From: Fimicolochytrium jonesii
Taxonomy: Eukaryota
Assembly: GCF_025526975.1 (NCBI RefSeq)
Contig: NW_026515688.1
Location: 124,001-188,000, forward strand
Length of the DNA: 64,000 bases
Direction of reading: 5' to 3'
Under the pieces are notes generated by a model. The model was not told the origin of the DNA and did not search any database. It saw only the letters and a list, made by a program, of their open reading frames with translations. A program made the translations under genes and the position numbers. Shown here piece by piece: positions 1 through 12,983 of this stretch (positions are counted from its first letter, which is position 1; each line of letters starts with the position of its first letter).

Positions 1-661
1 GATGCACATACCACCTCCGTTTCCCCATCTCCCGGCCCCTCTCCGCCTTTCCCCCCATCCACATCCCCGCAACCCCAGCGACCCGTCATCCCCACAACTC
101 ACCCGCAGCCTCGTACCCCTGCACAGCCATATCCCAATCGGGCTTCTCTTTCCCGAACAGTGTCTTTTTGTTGCGGGCCTTTTCGGCTGCTGTCATGAAT
201 TCCATGCCTGTCGCGGAGGGAAAGACGATGAGGTGAGTGATCTGCGGGAGGTGAGAAGAGGGGAAGCGAGGGGAGGGGAGGATGGGCTACCTTCGCGGAG
301 TTTTGCGTCTGCCATCTTTGAAGTCTGGGGGGGCTGGAGTTTGGGGCGAGGGGGTGTGGGATGTTGTGCTGGATTGGGTGTTGCAAGAAGTTTGGGAAAG
401 GTGCGAGAGTTGCGGTTGCGCCGTCATCGCTTTGGGAGATTTGCACGCGTTGCCCAACGCTCCCCTCGCACCTCGCAAAAACCCATGTTGAATCATTAAA
501 TGATGTAGAACGCTACGACTATGCCGGGATGATACATTGATGAAGAAAGCCGAACGCCGATAACATCACAAGCTTGAGGTCCTTTGGGGGAAGCATCTAC
601 GTCTGCGTTTGTACACTACGAAGCCGTATCCCTCCCTAGCTTCCTCCTATTCCTATTCCAA

Positions 662-1657
<996 letters not shown>

Positions 1658-2304
1658 GGTTGCTGGAGGAACTTGTTTTTTTTGGCGGCAAGTCCCAGGC
1701 CAAGAAAGAGTGGAATGAGACGGAAGCCACGAGAGGGAGTCGAGAAAAGGAACGCGCATCCGGTGACCTCCCGCTCGATTTGCTCTTGCGGCGGGAGAGA
1801 AAAAGACACCCCAGCGCGTGTTCTCCTGTTGCCCCTCTTTCAATGAATACTGTCCTCAGTAAGTCACTCGGACTCAGGAGTCACTCGGGGTTCTGCACGT
1901 TGCAAGAAGATGCACACCGTGTTCTTCTGTCTGATAGCGTGTCCGATCTTCCCTTCGGCCTCCCAGTCCGCCCCCCTAAAGGAATCCACTTCATTCCCCT
2001 TGTGCTCTCCTGCCCAAACAGCCGAAAGACGCTTGCAGCTGCACATCCAGTACCTTCTTCCCAGCCGCCGGCACAGAGAAGGATAGCTTATCCTCCCCTG
2101 TCCGACAACCGCCTCCTTCAGGTGTGCACTCTCCCGGCGTCGCGCTGCCGAAAAACCCGCCTAGATCACACACAATCTCACACCTCCACTTGACATAACC
2201 ATCGCGACACTCGGCCCATATCCGCTCTCCACAAAGCTACAGTCAAAGCACAGGAAAGATGGGCCCACCGCACGGCCGAACACCGGTGCGATCCACCAAT
2301 AACA

Positions 2305-5091
2305 ATGTCCGCATCACAAACCACCACCCGCCGCGCTCCATATTCTCCTCCTTCACCGGGATCTTCTCGGGAGCTAGCCGTGGGGTAAGTATCCATCCCT
2401 ATTGGTGGAGCCTTCCAGCATAAACGCATCGTCAGTGGATGATTCATGGTGGCCTGCACCTTCACAGGTAAACAACATCCTCGGCTCTGTCTTCAGCACC
2501 TCCGGCTCTCGTTCATCCACATCATCCTCAACCCTCCCGCGTCGCCGAACGTCAGGTGCCATAACCAAACCGCACCCGACCCGTTCCCGTCCTTTCCGCC
2601 CCTCCTCCCTCTCATCGTCCACCACTGCAGCCGCCGTTAAACGGGGAGACGCCATTGCGTTGCAAAAGACGCGGTATGGCCAGTTGGCGTTGAGTGAGTT
2701 GCGTGAACAGGAACGGGAGAAGGAGAGGGAGGGTGGTGGTCTTGGCGGGGATCCGATGCGGAGGTGGGGTGACTCGGCCCCACCAGGTGACGAGGATCTT
2801 AACGGACACGACGAGAATGATGTTGGCGAATCGATCAATATCCTGGGCATCGCGCCGTGTGCGGAACCGGACGTGATGCCAATGTCGACGCCGGTGGTGA
2901 ATGGGAAACGAAAAGCGGAGCATGAGTTTGAGCCGATGGAGGGGGTCGTTGTGACCGGGGAAAGCGAGCTGAGAAAGAGGGTGAAGGCTGAGGATGCTGT
3001 CAGAGGTATGTAATCAATGGGGAGTCGGTACTTGTGTGGTGCGGTCACGGCACCTTCTCGGAAGCAGAATCCCACTGACATCCCGAATATTGCACTCTTG
3101 TAGCCCCATCACCCCAACCACAAGCTCAGACCCCAGACTCCCAACGGATCACGGAGCTGGAACGCAAAATCGCATACCTCGAGGCGTGCGTCCTCCGCGC
3201 CGCTGCTTCCTCCTCACCGACATCCTATACAGGAGCACCACCACCGCCGCCCCCTCCTCCAATGAACGAGTCGTCGTCCGCGTCTCCCTCGAATGCTCAT
3301 TTGCCATCTGTAAGTCGTGCTCACATCCCCGTGGGGATGCACCGAGTCTCGAAAGCAGGGAAGATGCGGATACTGACCTTTCTTTCGTGAACCCAGACCC
3401 CCCGCGACCCCCGCAATAACAACACCGGCCACCCGCTCATGCGCCGTCTGTTGAGCGAGATGAAGAGCGTGCAGTTGAAGAAGATCAATGTTGCGCGGTA
3501 CGCTCCGTGAGAGTATTTCACACCCTCACTACACAGCCATGCTTATGTTTCGCTTGTGTTTTCAAGATCACCACGTGGAAGTATCCTCGATTCAGCGCAC
3601 CGCAAACGAACCGCCGCCGCCTCGCAACCTCCACAGCCCGTCTCATACATCACCAATGACGCCATACACCCCAACAACGCTCAACGATCAAACGAAGAGG
3701 AGGCGGATATCAGCGACCTGGACCTCGAGCGGCACATGGAGCGTAGTCTGAGGGGAAGGTATCGGAGTCTGAGGGAGGAGTCGCCGCCTGCGGAGGTGGA
3801 GCACGAGGCGGAGCGAGAGCAGGTGCAGGTGCCGAAGGATGGCATTGTGGAAGTTCAAGGCCCGGAAATGGGCGTTCGTGAGGGTGGGAGCGCGGGGCGG
3901 ACCGAAGCGATGCATGGTGCGACCGGCCCGGGATCGTCTCGGAACGGTGACGGGGTGGATATGCGGGGCGTGGACATGGATGTGGAGATGCATGTGGAGA
4001 TGGATGGGAATAGCAACCACCCGCCCGCCGCCACCATCCACCACCAACCCGACCCCCGCCTCCCACCCACACCCACCGCCACAACAACCCGAACCACAAA
4101 CGAACAAGAAATACACAGCGTCCCCAGCCGCAGCGCATCACCCAGCATCACCTCCCTGCACAGCAGCCACGCCAGTGAATACGACACCCCCTCGGATCCA
4201 TACGACAGCGACGACGACGGGTCCGGGTCAGCGGCGGGGACCATGTCCAGTGACGCGGACGCGGACGCGGATGTGGGTGCTCGGGCCAGTGTTGGGGGGA
4301 AACGGCCGCCGGGCGGGTACGATGCGGGTGGTGACGTTGTTGAGGTTTTGGACAGCGGGGAGGAGAGTATGAGTGGGAGTGGGAGTGGGAGTGAGGCAAC
4401 CCACGATGACTCCGATAGTGAAGACGAGGAAGGTACAGAAGCGATCCACACGTGGCACCACTCGCACACACCCGCTAACGGGGTCGTCGTCGTCGTGTCG
4501 GCGGCCACGTCCCTGGACGCGTCTGCGGATGAGGAAGAGGCGTCGGAAGCGTATGATCTGAGCGAGGAGGAGGAGTGTTTCCGTGGGTTCGATGGGGCGT
4601 CTGCGGATGAGGAAGAGGCGTCGGAAGCGTACGACCTGAGCGAGTCGGAGGAGTGTTTCCGTGGGTTTGGTGGGGCGTCTGCGGATGAGGAAGAGGCGTC
4701 GGAAGCGTACGACCTGAGCGAGGAGGAAGCGTGTGGCCGTGGGTTTGACGAGCTGGACGGGGACGAGGTTGACGTGGGGTCGGAGTATGACTGCGACTCG
4801 GAATCGGAAGCGGAAGAGGAAGCGGAATCGGTGCAGCCGCCGGGTGGATTGCTGGGCGACCCTGTGGATCGTGCACCTGAACCCGATCGCGCCGATGACG
4901 TGACCGCGACCGAGTTTGGGATTCCGACCGGTGGACCCAAGCCCCGCGCATGCCATAGCCGCGGAACCGAGACGACCACCGCGGGTGTCGGGAGCTGTGA
5001 TGAGGAGGGAAACGACGGGCTTGGCGGGGATGTGAGGGGGGCTGTGGAAGGAGGTGGGGAAGGGGGTATGGAAGTGGGTGTGTGTCGCTAA
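2305..5091 (+). CDS. Multi-exon protein with coiled coil, polyproline, WH2-like LKK motif and acidic tail (MTFR1/PRR11-like architecture)
   Basis: Donors at 3007 (gtatgt), ~3310 (gtaagt) and 3498 (gtacgc) join in frame: ORF 2402-3006, an exon encoding RITELERKIAYLE...PPPPPPPP, an exon encoding MRRLLSEMKSVQLKKINVAR, and ORF 3567-5091. The first exon (2305-2384) and its acceptor are uncertain. Confidence 0.6.
4519..4750 (+). repeat. Three coding tandem copies of a 78-bp unit (ASADEEEASEAYDLSEEEECFRGFDG)
   Basis: Units start at 4519, 4597 and 4675 and are near-identical at DNA level. Confidence 0.95.
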
Positions 5092-5532
5092 GGGGGGTCT
5101 GGTGCAGTACATTCTACCTCCCCCGAATTCACAAACCCAACGTGGGCGCAGAGGATATTTATTCGTACGGGCGTAGTGGTGTTTTGGGTTGGGGTTGAAT
5201 ACTCAACATGGGTGATGGGAGCGGGGTGACAAAACTATATCATGTGCGACTAACTGTATGAAGAAGAGCAAACTTTTGGGGAAAAGCGTCATATGAGTAC
5301 ATTTCGGTGAATTCTGTGCATGAACGGGGGTTGTGGAACCACCCAGAACAGCCCCCCGAAATGGGTTGTTTTTTTGCTATATTGCCCTAAACTGTAAAGG
5401 TCTACACTACGACGCAACCCGGGGACAAAACGCCCCCAATCTCCCAACGAAGAAATCTTCCCGATCCGCAAAGCTTTCTCAATACCCACTCGTGCATCCT
5501 CCCCCTGATCGCCCCGACACCGTTCGCCCTCC

Positions 5533-8006
5533 TCAACCCCTCCCACTCTCATCCACATGAACGCTCTCATCAAACTCATCGGGCCGCACCACCAGGTCCA
5601 GCTGCTGCACCTCCCACCGCTGCGACCGCCCGTCCCAGTCGATGTCGAGGGGAACGCTGCGCGCGACGCGGAAGGTGACGGGCTCGTGGATCTTCAGACC
5701 CATGTGTTTGTAGACCTGAATCAATCAAAATAAGGGGGCGTTGAGGGCGGGAGCAGACAGGGGCGATGGCAGAACGGGATGGGGGGAAGGGGGGAGCGCA
5801 TCGTTGGGGTTTTACCTCTTGGCTGCTATGCACGGGTTTCCCGTTAACGGCGGTGATCACGTCCCCCTCGGCGAGGCCGCCTCGGGAGCTTGGCGAGTCG
5901 GGTACCATCTGAGAAACGAATACAACGTTTGAGGGTGTAGATTCACACTGTGGAGGGATGGATGGATGGGTACGCACGGCGGTGATGATAACCCCGCTCG
6001 TAGCGGGAGGGAGGTACGCCCACTGGTTCTCTTCACGGAGCTGCGTTTGGATGTCGCGGGTTAGGGTTACCATCCTGCATCCTACCGAAAAGAAAAACAT
6101 CCATCCAGAAGTGTAAGTGATTGGTTGGATGAGGTGAGAGATATGTGAGAGAGACGCACCTAACCAGGGCCGCACGATCCTCCCTTCATTGTGCAGCTGA
6201 TGGATCAGGTCGAGCGCGTTGTCGGCCCGGATCGCGAAACTTATGCCTTCGCCGGCTGCGCGGGTCGTGTTGATGCCTACCAACCCCAAAAAAATACATT
6301 TCCATCAATCAACTCCCATCCCCGTCCTCGTCCCCCCAACCCCTTTCCTACGCCTATCAACACCCACCAACAACCTCCCCATCCAAATTAACGAGCGGCC
6401 CCCCCGAGCTGCCCTCATGTATGACGCAATCGGTCTGTATATACTCGACGCGGACATCGGAGGAGGCTGCGCCGATCTCGTCTTTTGCGCGGCGGATGGA
6501 GGAGACGACGCCGGCTGTTACTGTGTTTTGGAGGCCGAAGGGGGAGCCGATTGCTATTACCCAGTCGCCGAGGCTGTGTTCGGGAGAGGGGTTAGTATGG
6601 GGAGGGAGGATCGGTGACGGGGTGCTTGTCAGGAGGGGGACGTGGGGATTACCGAAGGTTGATGTTCGTGCCTGGAGGATGTATGGGGGTGAGGTGGTGA
6701 GCATTCGCGGCGGGCACGGCCACTCCGAATCTTTGTTCCACTCCCCATCCGTTTACTCACTCAATTTGAGCACAGGCCATTTCCTCGGTACATCCCCCGG
6801 CCGTGGCCTGATCTTAACCACGGCCAGGTCAGACATCGTATCCATGCTGTGTATGTATCCGTCGTATTCTGTTCCATCTGTTGCTGTTACCGTCAGCTGG
6901 GTGGGGGGAATGCCGTTGAGGTCAGGTGGGGTCTTGGGATAGGATGGTGGGCATGGGAAAGGGTATAGCTTACCTTGCTCCCGTCACTCATGTCGCAGAC
7001 TACGTGCTAAGAGACCAGGACGGTTGACACCTTGTTTTCCATGATAAACGTCACGATAGAGATGCCAGTACATACGGCATTGGTCAAGATGGACCCGTCT
7101 TCGTCGATAAAGAACCCTGATCCGGATGTCGCGAGGCTTTCTTTCGAGAGCATGGATGATGTTTCTGTAGGGATAAATGAAGGACGCATGGATGAACCGG
7201 TGAATGGAAAGAACGATACATGGATAAACAATGGTCGGACTGACACCCCTGCTCGCTACGCTCGCGACAAGGATGTTGGGCGAGATATTATAGGAACGAC
7301 CGTTCGCTATCGCTCACATTCACTGCTCGCCCCATAAACCGTATTCGCTCGCTTTGCACGCCTCAGACACCGCATTCCCTCCCTCCGCTCGCGGCCGGTC
7401 ACGCAACTCACCAGTTACAACACAAATGTTGACAACGCTGCCCGCCGCACCCTCGACCGCATCGGCAATAAACGAATGACCCCTTCCCTTGTCCTTGTCC
7501 TTGTCCTTCCCCTCTTTCCCACCAGTCCTGTCCCTCCCCTTCCTCAACCCGTCCCTCCACTTATGCCGTCTCTCCTCCTGCTGCTGTTGTCCGTGCCCAT
7601 GCTCCAGTTCCCTCTCGCGATGATAATCCTTATTCCCGATAATGAAGACGGCGGGCGAGTCCGGGTCCGGGTCGTGGTCGTCCCGATTGTTGTAGTTATG
7701 AGACGAGGAAGACCAAGGCCCCCAAGCGGAGACCTGTCCTACTTTGAAGCCTAGAAGGAGGGAGACGACAGTTGCAAAGAGCCATAGTGGGACGCCTGTG
7801 GTGGAGGGGTTGGTGGTGGTGGGATGTGGTGCTGAGCGTGCGGATAGTCGGGGGTGGGGGTGGGAGTCGCCTGGGCGGCGTCGTGGTGCTGGCGGTCCGC
7901 GTTGCGCGTGTGGTGGTGGTGGTTGTGATGGGCGACCGCTGGAGGGTGCTGTGCGGTATAACTTTGCGAGGGGTTGATGATACGTTTGTGGCAGTAGGCG
8001 GTTCAT
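5533..8006 (-). CDS. HtrA/DegP-family serine protease with N-terminal presequence, TM segment and one PDZ domain (HtrA2/Omi-like)
   Basis: Exons encode [94 protein letters not shown] and [21 protein letters not shown] segment: [14 protein letters not shown]. Confidence 0.9.
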
Positions 8007-8495
8007 AGGCTGTTGCTGCAAAGCGAGGGGTGTTGGGAGGGGGAGCCCGTGTAGCCGTGGGGCGCGGACGCCGACCATTGCGGTTCCTCAAGAGGGTGAG
8101 TGTGCGAAGTTGCAGAAAGGTCCGAGCGGAAGGAGGAGGAGGGAGGCCGCGCGCCCGTGACAAACGGACGTAGCGAACAAGACAGACTCCCGCACATCTC
8201 CCACCTGTTGAAACTTGAACGACACGCAAGCAGCCTCTTCTCTGGATGGGGTCGTGCACGTGATCTGCATCTCGCACATGTTGGGCATGTTGAGATGGTT
8301 GATTACCCCCCCCCTCTCAGGCCTGGGTGGGTGCTGCTTCTCGGGTCGAGCACGCGTTCCTCTGGGCCTGCTTCATCTACTTCATAGGCTTCCCCCCTCA
8401 CGAGAGTCCACACCACTCTCGCTCCGTCTCCTACTGCACCCAGCACACAGCACGTCTGCTCTCGCTCAACCGAAGAAAAAGGAAACGCTCCAGCA

Positions 8496-9170
8496 ATGCT
8501 TTCTATACCAGACATCATCGCCCTCGTGCCGACGGAAACCCGGAAATGGGCCGACAAGGATATCTGGACGTGAGTGGGGCCGGGCGGCCCAAGGGAGAGA
8601 GAGAAAGATGGCTAGGAGGGAGACGGGTGTGCGATACGAGGTCCATCCTACGGTGTAGATGGGGTCCAAAACTGTGACCATCTCGGAACTCCTTGGTGTG
8701 CCAGATATTGATGCAGGACAGGATATCGCTGAAGCACCCCAATCCCCAGTTCCCAACACTTTCCTTGTCTTTCCACCCTTTCCAGGCTAGCGGTCTTCTT
8801 CGACCTCGACACCACCACCGCCGCGTTGAGGTACCTCGATACACAGGCCGGTATGCTTTGTTTTTCCTTTGGGGGGCGTGTAGTGCTGTCCATGCACATC
8901 CCATGTATATCTGACCGTCTTGCTCTCCTAGTAACGAAAGTAAACGGACCAGCCAACAGATCCTTCTTCCAAATCGAAGCCGAAACCGACTTCTTCACAG
9001 TCCTCCCCTTCATTCCATTCTGCACATGCTCCCTCGCCCAATCGAAACCGTCACACCACACACGCATATGTCCGCACATCCTCGCCGCCCATCTCGCCAT
9101 CCATCTCGATCGGTATGCGAGTGTGACGTGGGAGGGGGCCGAGTTCTTGGAGTGTCTTGCTGGGCGGTAG
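8496..9170 (+). CDS. ZSWIM7: SWIM zinc-finger protein, ZSWIM7/Sws1 (Shu complex)-like
   Basis: Exons 8496-8569, 8786-8850 and 8932-9170 splice in frame to MLSIPDII...LAVFFDLDTTTAALRYLDTQAVTKVNGPANRSFFQI...FCTCSLAQSKPSHHTRICPHILAAHLA, which contains the CxC...CxH SWIM motif. Confidence 0.75.
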
Positions 9171-9625
9171 TCGAAGGGGGATCGGACATGGGAGTGTAGA
9201 GCGGGGATGCGGACAGGGGCGATTGTCGGCACATCCCGATATGTATGCACGACCAGTCGGGTGGGTGTATTGGAACCCCCTATTAGGTCGGTCGCACGGC
9301 CCAAAAAGTGACTTCCCCGCCCTGCACCGTTTTCATCATTCCCTCCCCATCGGGCGTACCCGTAGTGCATTTGTACATACATCCCGTCACACATCAATAC
9401 GCATATCGTTTTTTTGGCCCCATTCCAACCGCCCACATGAATACAGCGTTTTGGGGTTTCGGTTCATTATTTCTTTTGTTTTCTGTTTGATCTTGTTCGG
9501 GGGGTTATCTGCATACGCCTGAGTGGTTGGCAAAACACTATACAAATGTGGTGCATATATATATACAGCACCCGCTCTTCGACTCCGAACCCCTCAGTGA
9601 TGCACATCCCCCATGCATCCATGCC

Positions 9626-12600
9626 TCATCCCCGCATCAGCATTTTGCGAAAATCATCTTGCGATTTCGCTCCGGCGGGAGGCTCACCGCCACTCCCAGT
9701 AGCACCATCCGCTTTGGCACCCTCCCCTTTCGGCACACCGCCCAGTTTCTTCTTCGGCGCCGCGGCCCGTGCACGCGGAACGAAGGACGTCAGTGTAGTC
9801 GTCGAGGCGGGCGCGGGCGTGTCCGTTCCCGCCTTGTTGTGAGAGTTGGGAGCGAACCCCAACCCACCCTTTCCACCCCTCCCCCTGCCCCCACCGCGTC
9901 CCCGCTCACCTCCATGTGACGCCCCTCTCCCCCTCCCCCCCTTCGCCGCGCCCCTCTTGTTCGGATCCGGCACACTCACGCTCACCACCCGCCCTTCCAC
10001 CGTCGTGCCCTCCAGCGTCTCGACGGCCTTCTTGGCGCCTTCCTCCTCCACATACTCCACAAAGGCCGTCCCGCGGGACCTGCCGTCGGATCCCACCATG
10101 ACTCTGACGTCGCGCACGTCGCCGCAGGGCTTGAAGAGCAGCTCGATATCCTCTTTCTGCAGCGTGCGCGGGAGGTTGGTGACATACACCTCCCTCCCGT
10201 CCGCGGTGCGGGGTTTGGTTTTCTGCGGGTTGGAGATGGCGACCGAGATCTGTTTGCCCAGGATCTGTTTCCCGTTCGCAGCGAGACTGGTACTCGCGGC
10301 GTCGGCGCTCGCAAACTCGATGTATGCGAACGCGGTGGTGGGGCGTAACATCAGCCGGATCTCCCGGAGATGGCCAAAGGGTGTGAAGAGTTCCCGAAGG
10401 TGTCGTTTCTCGGTCTTTGGGTGTAGATTAGCAACGTAGATTTTGTTCTTCTCCTCCACGCCTGCGAAGTTCCAGATCGAGTGTTCGGGTTTGCATCGCA
10501 CGACGGAGATGGTTTGTTCGCAGAGGGTGGATTCGTGCAGGGCGACGCCTTTGCGGACCATGGCCGCATCGGCGAATTCGAGGTAGGCCTCGAGGGCGCC
10601 GGTGGTAGGGTTGGGTTGGAGGATGACGTCGAGGAGGGTGCCGCAGGGGGAGAAGTGGTGTTTGAGGTCGGTTTCGGTGGTGCGGGGGGAGAGGTTTGTG
10701 ATGTAGAGCATGTTGCCGGCCATTTTGTTGTCCAGGATGTGGAACTCGTACATGTTGCCTTTTGCGGGTTGCGTTGTCTCCGCCGCTGAAGTTTCGGCGT
10801 CGGGACCTTCCGATTTGGGCCGTTTGGCGCTTGGTTGTTGGACATTTGCGTCCACGTCATACCCCCTTTGACGCTTGTTATGGATAGTTCCGTTCTGCGG
10901 TGCCTCTCCTTGTGCCGGGACGTACGTGTCCAGCGGCACCGCAGCAGCCGCGGCGGGATCCTGGTTCTGTAGCAGTGCAGCGTCCTGCTCCCTCCGCTTC
11001 TGCAAAATCCTTCCCTGCTTCTTGATTGCCGCCGCAGCCTGGTAGTACGCCTCCACATCGCCCTCTTCTCGCTCAAAAGCGAGCCACGCGTCAAATACGC
11101 GTTCAGGCCAGTCTAGGTTGCGCGCTGCAGCGGATTTGAATAGCGCTCGAGCTTGCTTAGCTGTTCCGTACTGTCGTTCAAAGCGGATGTATTCGAGCCA
11201 TAAATCACTTTGCGTGCCGAATATCTTAGCGGTGTCAGCGTAGACAGCGCGGGCCGCGGCAATGTCCTTCGTCTTGTGCACCAAGATGTGGATGAGGTCG
11301 CGTTCCAGACGGAGGAAGGTATCCCCCGGCGGGTATTGTGCGCGCACAAACTGGATCTTCTCAAGGTACCCATCAACGACCGTTTTCGCCCACTCCGCGT
11401 TGGTCCAGTCTGCCTGCGGCGACGACGCTTCCAAATCTTGCCACGCCAGCAGCAGCTTGACCATCTCGTCTACGTTTCCAAGGGTGGGGAGATATGCGAG
11501 CCCGCGCTCAAAGATGTCGAGGATCTCGATCAAAGGTTTCTGGAAGTGGCCCGAGATCCGGATGTGGTGGCTCCACATATCCCCTGCCCAGGGACAATTA
11601 CGCACGGCTCGTACGGCGATTGGAAGTACGACGAGCTCGACGGGGCAGATGATCATCATGTCTACGATATAGGCATCCCAGAGGGTTGCGTCCAGACAGT
11701 GGGTCGCAAGAGCGCGTTCGTAGAGGGTGCGGATCCGGAACTGATCTGTGCCCTGCTTTTTCTGTTTCTCAAATTCGATGTAGCGGAGGTAGTCCTCCAC
11801 GCTTCCTCCAGAAGCTTTCAATGCATTCTCATAAGGTTCGCGCGCATTCAAGAGCAGGCGCGTCGCTGCAACCAGAGCGTTGGCGGCTACCAGCTGCGCC
11901 TCATAGTTCGCAGCGTCCCAAGTGCTTTCAAATGTCGAATAGGCGCTAAACGTCTCCTCAAGCTGCGCATGGGGCTGCTGTAGTCGCCGAAGGTACATCT
12001 GTCGTAATCGATCCCTCTGTTCGTCCGATTTGAGTTGGTCGAGTAGCTGGGCTTCGAAATCCCTATATGTGTTCCAGACCGTAGCGCTTTCTGTAAAGTG
12101 CAGCTGTGTTGCGAGCAGGGCTTGGTCGCCAACCTCACGCACGTCCTGCGCCGTTGGCCAGTGATCTTCCAGGTTTTCCTCACTTCCTTCCATATTCTCC
12201 GCCGCCTCCGTAGCCTCTTGATACTGCTGTATGACGAATCCCAAAAAAGCGCTCCAAAGCCTGATGGACAAATAGTCCTTCCCAGCACGAGCATAGAGCT
12301 TTCCGACATCCTTCTGCTCCCCCGGCGTCGCAGCCATGCGGGCATCATCATCAATCCACTCCATCCACAGACTCTCTGACAAGGGGAAGATCGCGGCCAT
12401 AGCCTCTCGCGCTGTTCTCATTGCATCGAAATCGAAGGATTGACGGAGAGCGGTGATGTACTCGATGTGCGCGTTGTAGTCGTAGGGATTGGCGTTTAGG
12501 CGTTCTTTGAGTTCGAGAACGGCTGCGTTGGCGACGGTTGCTGAGGTGTTGGTGTCGTGGAGTTCATCGCCGTCGTCGTCGTCGTCGTCGTCGTCGCTGC

Positions 12601-12697
12601 TATGGTCCGAGGAGAGATGGGCGTTGTTGGTGATGGCTGCTGTGTCCATTTTATCGTCGTCGTCCGAATCGGGAGAGATAAGCTCGTCGACGTTCAT
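9626..12697 (-). CDS. PRP24: U4/U6 recycling factor SART3/Prp24 (HAT repeats, three RRMs, C-terminal LSm-binding motif)
   Basis: 1023-aa intronless ORF with NPYDYNAHIEYITALR, LYERAL, RAVRNCPWAGDMW, RRM motifs (LYITNL, IYVANL, VYVTNL) and terminal KSQDDFRKML. Confidence 0.93.
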   Translation of the reverse strand: MNVDELISPDSDDDDKMDTAAITNNAHLSSDHSSDDDDDDDDGDELHDTNTSATVANAAVLELKERLNANPYDYNAHIEYITALRQSFDFDAMRTAREAMAAIFPLSESLWMEWIDDDARMAATPGEQKDVGKLYARAGKDYLSIRLWSAFLGFVIQQYQEATEAAENMEGSEENLEDHWPTAQDVREVGDQALLATQLHFTESATVWNTYRDFEAQLLDQLKSDEQRDRLRQMYLRRLQQPHAQLEETFSAYSTFESTWDAANYEAQLVAANALVAATRLLLNAREPYENALKASGGSVEDYLRYIEFEKQKKQGTDQFRIRTLYERALATHCLDATLWDAYIVDMMIICPVELVVLPIAVRAVRNCPWAGDMWSHHIRISGHFQKPLIEILDIFERGLAYLPTLGNVDEMVKLLLAWQDLEASSPQADWTNAEWAKTVVDGYLEKIQFVRAQYPPGDTFLRLERDLIHILVHKTKDIAAARAVYADTAKIFGTQSDLWLEYIRFERQYGTAKQARALFKSAAARNLDWPERVFDAWLAFEREEGDVEAYYQAAAAIKKQGRILQKRREQDAALLQNQDPAAAAAVPLDTYVPAQGEAPQNGTIHNKRQRGYDVDANVQQPSAKRPKSEGPDAETSAAETTQPAKGNMYEFHILDNKMAGNMLYITNLSPRTTETDLKHHFSPCGTLLDVILQPNPTTGALEAYLEFADAAMVRKGVALHESTLCEQTISVVRCKPEHSIWNFAGVEEKNKIYVANLHPKTEKRHLRELFTPFGHLREIRLMLRPTTAFAYIEFASADAASTSLAANGKQILGKQISVAISNPQKTKPRTADGREVYVTNLPRTLQKEDIELLFKPCGDVRDVRVMVGSDGRSRGTAFVEYVEEEGAKKAVETLEGTTVEGRVVSVSVPDPNKRGAAKGGRGRGASHGGERGRGGGRGRGGKGGLGFAPNSHNKAGTDTPAPASTTTLTSFVPRARAAAPKKKLGGVPKGEGAKADGATGSGGEPPAGAKSQDDFRKMLMRG

Positions 12698-12983
12698 TTC
12701 TGCGTTGCGGGAGGGGTACGGTAAGACTGATCTTGAGCTCGGAGTGAATAAAAACGAGACGACAGAAAGCGGTTATTGCTTGTGGGGAAAGGGCAGAGAG
12801 AACAAGCGACGCGCTGTCGGATGTCCCCCTTCCCCGCTTTCCACTTCCGCTCGCTTCCGTTCTCGCCGCGGGCATTTTGACACTTTCCCTGTTTCCACTC
12901 TTCTTACCTACTGCACCTTCCTACCTGCCTTCGTTTTCTGCCATATCTCTTCCTTTCCGCTTCTACGTCCCTCATCCGCAAGC

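Noticed and set aside
1..499. Possible terminal exons of an upstream gene
   Set aside because: Splice-like sites exist, but I could not establish a coherent or recognisable reading.
3855..4979. Long antisense ORFs opposite real genes (also 11210-11983, 17005-17895, 18890-19606, 24470-25219)
   Set aside because: Shadow frames of GC-rich coding sequence, with no motifs.
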